DNA of 41,776 bases from Bacteroidales bacterium UBA6346. Lineage in GTDB: Bacteria; Bacteroidota; Bacteroidia; Bacteroidales; UBA932. Below the pieces are notes generated by a model. It saw only the letters and a list, made by a program, of their open reading frames with translations. It was not told the DNA's origin and made no database searches. Each line of letters starts with the position of its first letter. Position 1 is the first letter of the stretch. Both the position numbers and the translations under genes were made by a program. The stretch lies in assembly GCA_002438905.1 (NCBI GenBank), contig DJSA01000123.1:1-41776 (forward strand). The letters run 5' to 3'. Below, piece after piece: positions 38,777 through 41,776 of this stretch.

Positions 38777-40807
38777 ATGAAACGATATATCAAAGTCATA
38801 TTATTTTCAACCTTTGCCCTTCTCGCTCTCTCTTCCTGCTCACAGGAGCAGCTCGGAGTGACCGCCACGTCGAACACGGATGACAACAGGGAGATTCATT
38901 TCATCCAGAGCAGCGTCGCGAAAGAGTTCCCGCGCGGTACCAAGGAGGGCGTGATTGCCGTTACCCTTGCCCGTCATGGAAACAAGGGAACCTATAAGGT
39001 GGTGCTTCAAAAGACCGGCAAGGATGCCGCGTTGTTCACTCTGAAGGACACGGTGGTCATACCTGACGGACACTACAGCATCGATATTCCGGTCCGTGTG
39101 GACATGGAGAGCGTCGTGCTCGGCTCTACGGTTGACGTTTCTCTGGCAATCATAGGCCGTGATGCTGAGCTTGGGGATGATCCGGCCTACATCGGCCAGT
39201 ACAGCGACTTCCTTCAGGTCAGCGCGTCGTTCTCTCTCGAATGGGAGCCCTATATGAGAAAGACCGAATCCGGTGAGGAAGTGCAGCAGACGGCCACGTA
39301 CCACTATGGAGGCATTCTTTATGAGGGAGTGCAGCCGGACATACCGGTGGAGATTGCGAAGGAGACCGACAACATATTCCGTCTTACGGACTGGTCGTCG
39401 GGGGCATATTTCATGTTCAAGGTTGATTGGTCGAAGAAGACGGTGGTTGTCCCCGGACAGTCAACAGGCTATTATCTTGAATCCGCAGGCGAGTACATCT
39501 ATGTCGCCGACATCGCTCAGTATCTCGCTAACGACAGCGCATATAACTCCTATCCGTGCACATGGGACGGGGACAAGACATTTACCCTCAACCTGATTTA
39601 CTACGGCTCCACGGGCTACTACGGCATAGCCACAGAGAAGATAGTCTTCGCTGACGACCACGACAAGGATCCTGCCGCTGAAGTGGAGTACAAGGGAGCC
39701 GGAGTGTTCAAGTTTGCCTTCAATGAATATGTCAATTCCTGCAAGGCCGTGGTCGTCGAGGGCGATATTGCCGAGGATGACGCGAAGGTTCAGGAAATAT
39801 ACAAGAGTATATGCCTCGGAACGGCCGAGAATGTCCGGACTTTCACCGAGACCACCCAGACATGGACGCCTGAGACTCCGTCCAACACTCTTATTGCCGT
39901 GCCGTTCGACGCGAAGGGTACGCCCGGTGAGGCAGTTGTCCTGAGGTTTACCTACGACAAGGACGGAAGCCTTGCTCCGCAGATTGCTGAAATCAAACTT
40001 GAACCATCTGCAGATGACCCATATACGACGATTTCGTGGATTCTTAAGACGAAGAATGTCAAGAAACTGAAATACCTTATGATGGCCAAGGAGGCATTTG
40101 TGGGCTACAAGGACTATTACGGGTGGGACTATCTCTTCAGCAGCCGTCTTGCTCAGGAACTGGATTCCGACAATCTTGCCAAGGCCGGCAGCGAGGAAGG
40201 AATGCATCTCTACTATTCTGGTGTCACGGAGGGCGAGACATACAGCATGGCGCTTGAGGTCTATAATGAATACGGGGACAGGGACACCCTGACCGTTGAT
40301 GTCCGGCTCAAGTCTCACGCGGACGAGTTCGCCTCCAAGACCATCGACGACTTTGTCGGAGCCTATCTGCTCACTGCCACCGTAGATGACGGCGAGAGCA
40401 GCAGTTCAAGCTCGACGACTGAGGCTTTCAGGGTTGATATTATAAAGACGGGGGAGAACACAGTCTCAATCAAGGGACTGAGCAACTATAAGTCCTATTC
40501 TCCTACCATCACCGGAACCTACATTCCGGAGGAGCACTGCATCCGTCTCCATTCTCAGAATTTGGGCGCGTTCAGCTACATGACCGTAGTGTTTGGCTTT
40601 GTGTCGAATCTCTACACTGCCATCTGGGGACAGACTTCAGCGCTGGAGTTCGGCTTCGGTGACGACGGCTATGTCTATTGGCGCGCGATGGAAGGTTCCG
40701 AGATGCCGGTCAACGGCTACAAGTTCATGCTCTTCGACGGCTCAAGCTATTCCGAGCATGACCTCGGCGGCAAGACCTACACCGAGCTTCTGATGATGAA
40801 AATATAG
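38777..40807 (+). CDS. SusE-positioned multi-domain surface lipoprotein of unknown function
   Basis: LSSC-SQE lipobox; beta-rich Tyr-rich domains; directly after susD; no catalytic motif recognised. Confidence 0.7.
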   Translation: MKRYIKVILFSTFALLALSSCSQEQLGVTATSNTDDNREIHFIQSSVAKEFPRGTKEGVIAVTLARHGNKGTYKVVLQKTGKDAALFTLKDTVVIPDGHYSIDIPVRVDMESVVLGSTVDVSLAIIGRDAELGDDPAYIGQYSDFLQVSASFSLEWEPYMRKTESGEEVQQTATYHYGGILYEGVQPDIPVEIAKETDNIFRLTDWSSGAYFMFKVDWSKKTVVVPGQSTGYYLESAGEYIYVADIAQYLANDSAYNSYPCTWDGDKTFTLNLIYYGSTGYYGIATEKIVFADDHDKDPAAEVEYKGAGVFKFAFNEYVNSCKAVVVEGDIAEDDAKVQEIYKSICLGTAENVRTFTETTQTWTPETPSNTLIAVPFDAKGTPGEAVVLRFTYDKDGSLAPQIAEIKLEPSADDPYTTISWILKTKNVKKLKYLMMAKEAFVGYKDYYGWDYLFSSRLAQELDSDNLAKAGSEEGMHLYYSGVTEGETYSMALEVYNEYGDRDTLTVDVRLKSHADEFASKTIDDFVGAYLLTATVDDGESSSSSSTTEAFRVDIIKTGENTVSIKGLSNYKSYSPTITGTYIPEEHCIRLHSQNLGAFSYMTVVFGFVSNLYTAIWGQTSALEFGFGDDGYVYWRAMEGSEMPVNGYKFMLFDGSSYSEHDLGGKTYTELLMMKI

Positions 40808-40809
40808 GG

Positions 40810-40836
40810 AACGGGACGGTTTGACCTCGTTTTTTT
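40810..40836 (+). terminator. Possible weak terminator of the SusCD locus
   Basis: Imperfect ACGG..GGT-TTG-ACC-TCGT hairpin followed by T7. Confidence 0.35.
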
Positions 40837-40890
40837 GGGGGGGGTGGTAATAAAATCTGTTGTATTTTTATGTGTACCCCCCCCAAAAAA
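40831..40890. repeat. Perfect 15-bp inverted repeat TTTTTTGGGGGGGGT / ACCCCCCCCAAAAAA, 30-nt spacer
   Basis: Arms at 40831-40845 and 40876-40890 read directly. Confidence 0.9.
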
Positions 40891-40922
40891 TTTGGGTTGG
40901 TTGTAAAAAATATGTATATTTG
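40891..40922 (+). promoter_or_regulatory. Bacteroidetes sigma-A promoter for glnA
   Basis: TTTG 40891-40894, 20-nt spacer, TATATTTG 40915-40922. Confidence 0.75.
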
Positions 40923-40986
40923 CTGCCGATTTCGGAATTAATTCCGGGGTCGGTAGTGTTTTTAATATATTTTTAGTTTTTAGACT

Positions 40987-41776
40987 ATGAAAAATCAGAG
41001 ATTTGAGGCCCTCGGCATCATGCACTCGCGTCCGGACGCGAAACCGGTGGAGACATCTAAAAGAAAATCAGAAATTTTCGGAAAAGATGTGTTCACCCGC
41101 TCACAGATGAGGCGTTATCTCTCGAAGTCGGTGTATGACAGTGTCATCGAGGCAATCGAGAACGGACGCAGGATTGACAGGAGCATCGCCGATCAGGTGG
41201 CCGAGGGCATGAAGGTGTGGGCTATGGAACGCGGCGCGACGCATTACACGCATTGGTTCCAGCCGCTCAACGACTCCACTGCGGAAAAGCACGACGCTTT
41301 CCTCTCACCGGATCTTGAGGGGGATTCTTTCGAATACTTCAGCGGAAATCTCCTTGCCCAGCAGGAACCTGACGCATCTTCGTTCCCGAGCGGCGGTCTT
41401 CGCAATACCTTCGAGGCAAGGGGCTACAGCGCGTGGGATCCTTCGTCTCCGGCGTTCATTATAGACGGAACTCTCTGTATCCCAAGTATATTTGTCTCAT
41501 ACACAGGCGAAGCCCTCGACTTCAAGACCCCGCTTTTGAAATCAATGGCGGCAATCGACACGGCTGCAGTCGGAGTTTGCCAGCTTTTTGACAAGGACGT
41601 TGCAAAGGTTTATCCGACCCTCGGTTGGGAGCAGGAATATTTCCTCGTGGACGAGGCCCTCTATGATGCCCGTCCGGACCTGATGCAGACCGGTCGTACG
41701 CTGATGGGGCATACGGCCGCCAAGGACCAGCAGCTTGAGGATCACTATTGGGGTGCGATTCCGGAGAGGGTCGAGG
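40987..41776 (+). CDS. glnA: Glutamine synthetase type III, 3' end runs off the window
   Basis: Not in ORF track; hand translation MKNQRFEAL...[20 protein letters not shown]...[33 protein letters not shown]...LGWEQEYF. Confidence 0.95.
   Translation, partial: MKNQRFEALGIMHSRPDAKPVETSKRKSEIFGKDVFTRSQMRRYLSKSVYDSVIEAIENGRRIDRSIADQVAEGMKVWAMERGATHYTHWFQPLNDSTAEKHDAFLSPDLEGDSFEYFSGNLLAQQEPDASSFPSGGLRNTFEARGYSAWDPSSPAFIIDGTLCIPSIFVSYTGEALDFKTPLLKSMAAIDTAAVGVCQLFDKDVAKVYPTLGWEQEYFLVDEALYDARPDLMQTGRTLMGHTAAKDQQLEDHYWGAIPERVE

Noticed and set aside
40831..40890. Invertible promoter or MITE reading of the inverted repeat
   Set aside because: Only 30 nt between arms, promoter lies outside, no recombinase or target duplication seen
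22531..40986. Surface locus as a mobile island or complete DGR
   Set aside because: No integrase, transposase, tRNA, flanking repeats, RT or template repeat visible

Overview
Bacteroidales-type chromosomal window (TTTG-N20-TAnnTTTG promoters, SusC/SusD pair, type III glutamine synthetase). Left ~22.5 kb is mostly housekeeping: partial alpha/beta hydrolase, Clp ATPase, gyrA, TPR protein, phoH, DUF389 protein, SPOR lipoprotein, M28-TonB fusion, leuS, two YitT genes, membrane AraC regulator, ettA, prfB, dxs. Right ~18 kb (22862-40807) is one co-oriented 10-gene cell-surface locus: SusC, SusD, an S8 serine protease lipoprotein and seven Ig/BACON/Fn3/fimbrillin-like lipoproteins, with no recognisable CAZyme, directly followed by glnA (GSIII, partial). 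I read it as a candidate protein/peptide utilisation locus, with a G9 tract in its first gene. Other oddities: a probably catalytically dead M28 domain fused to TonB-C, a ClpC lacking its middle domain, prfB without the programmed frameshift, a 15-bp T6G8 inverted repeat abutting the glnA promoter, and hairpins right after most predicted promoters. No RNA genes, CRISPR, transposase, integrase or reverse transcriptase seen. All family calls are by-eye motif recognition; no searches were run.
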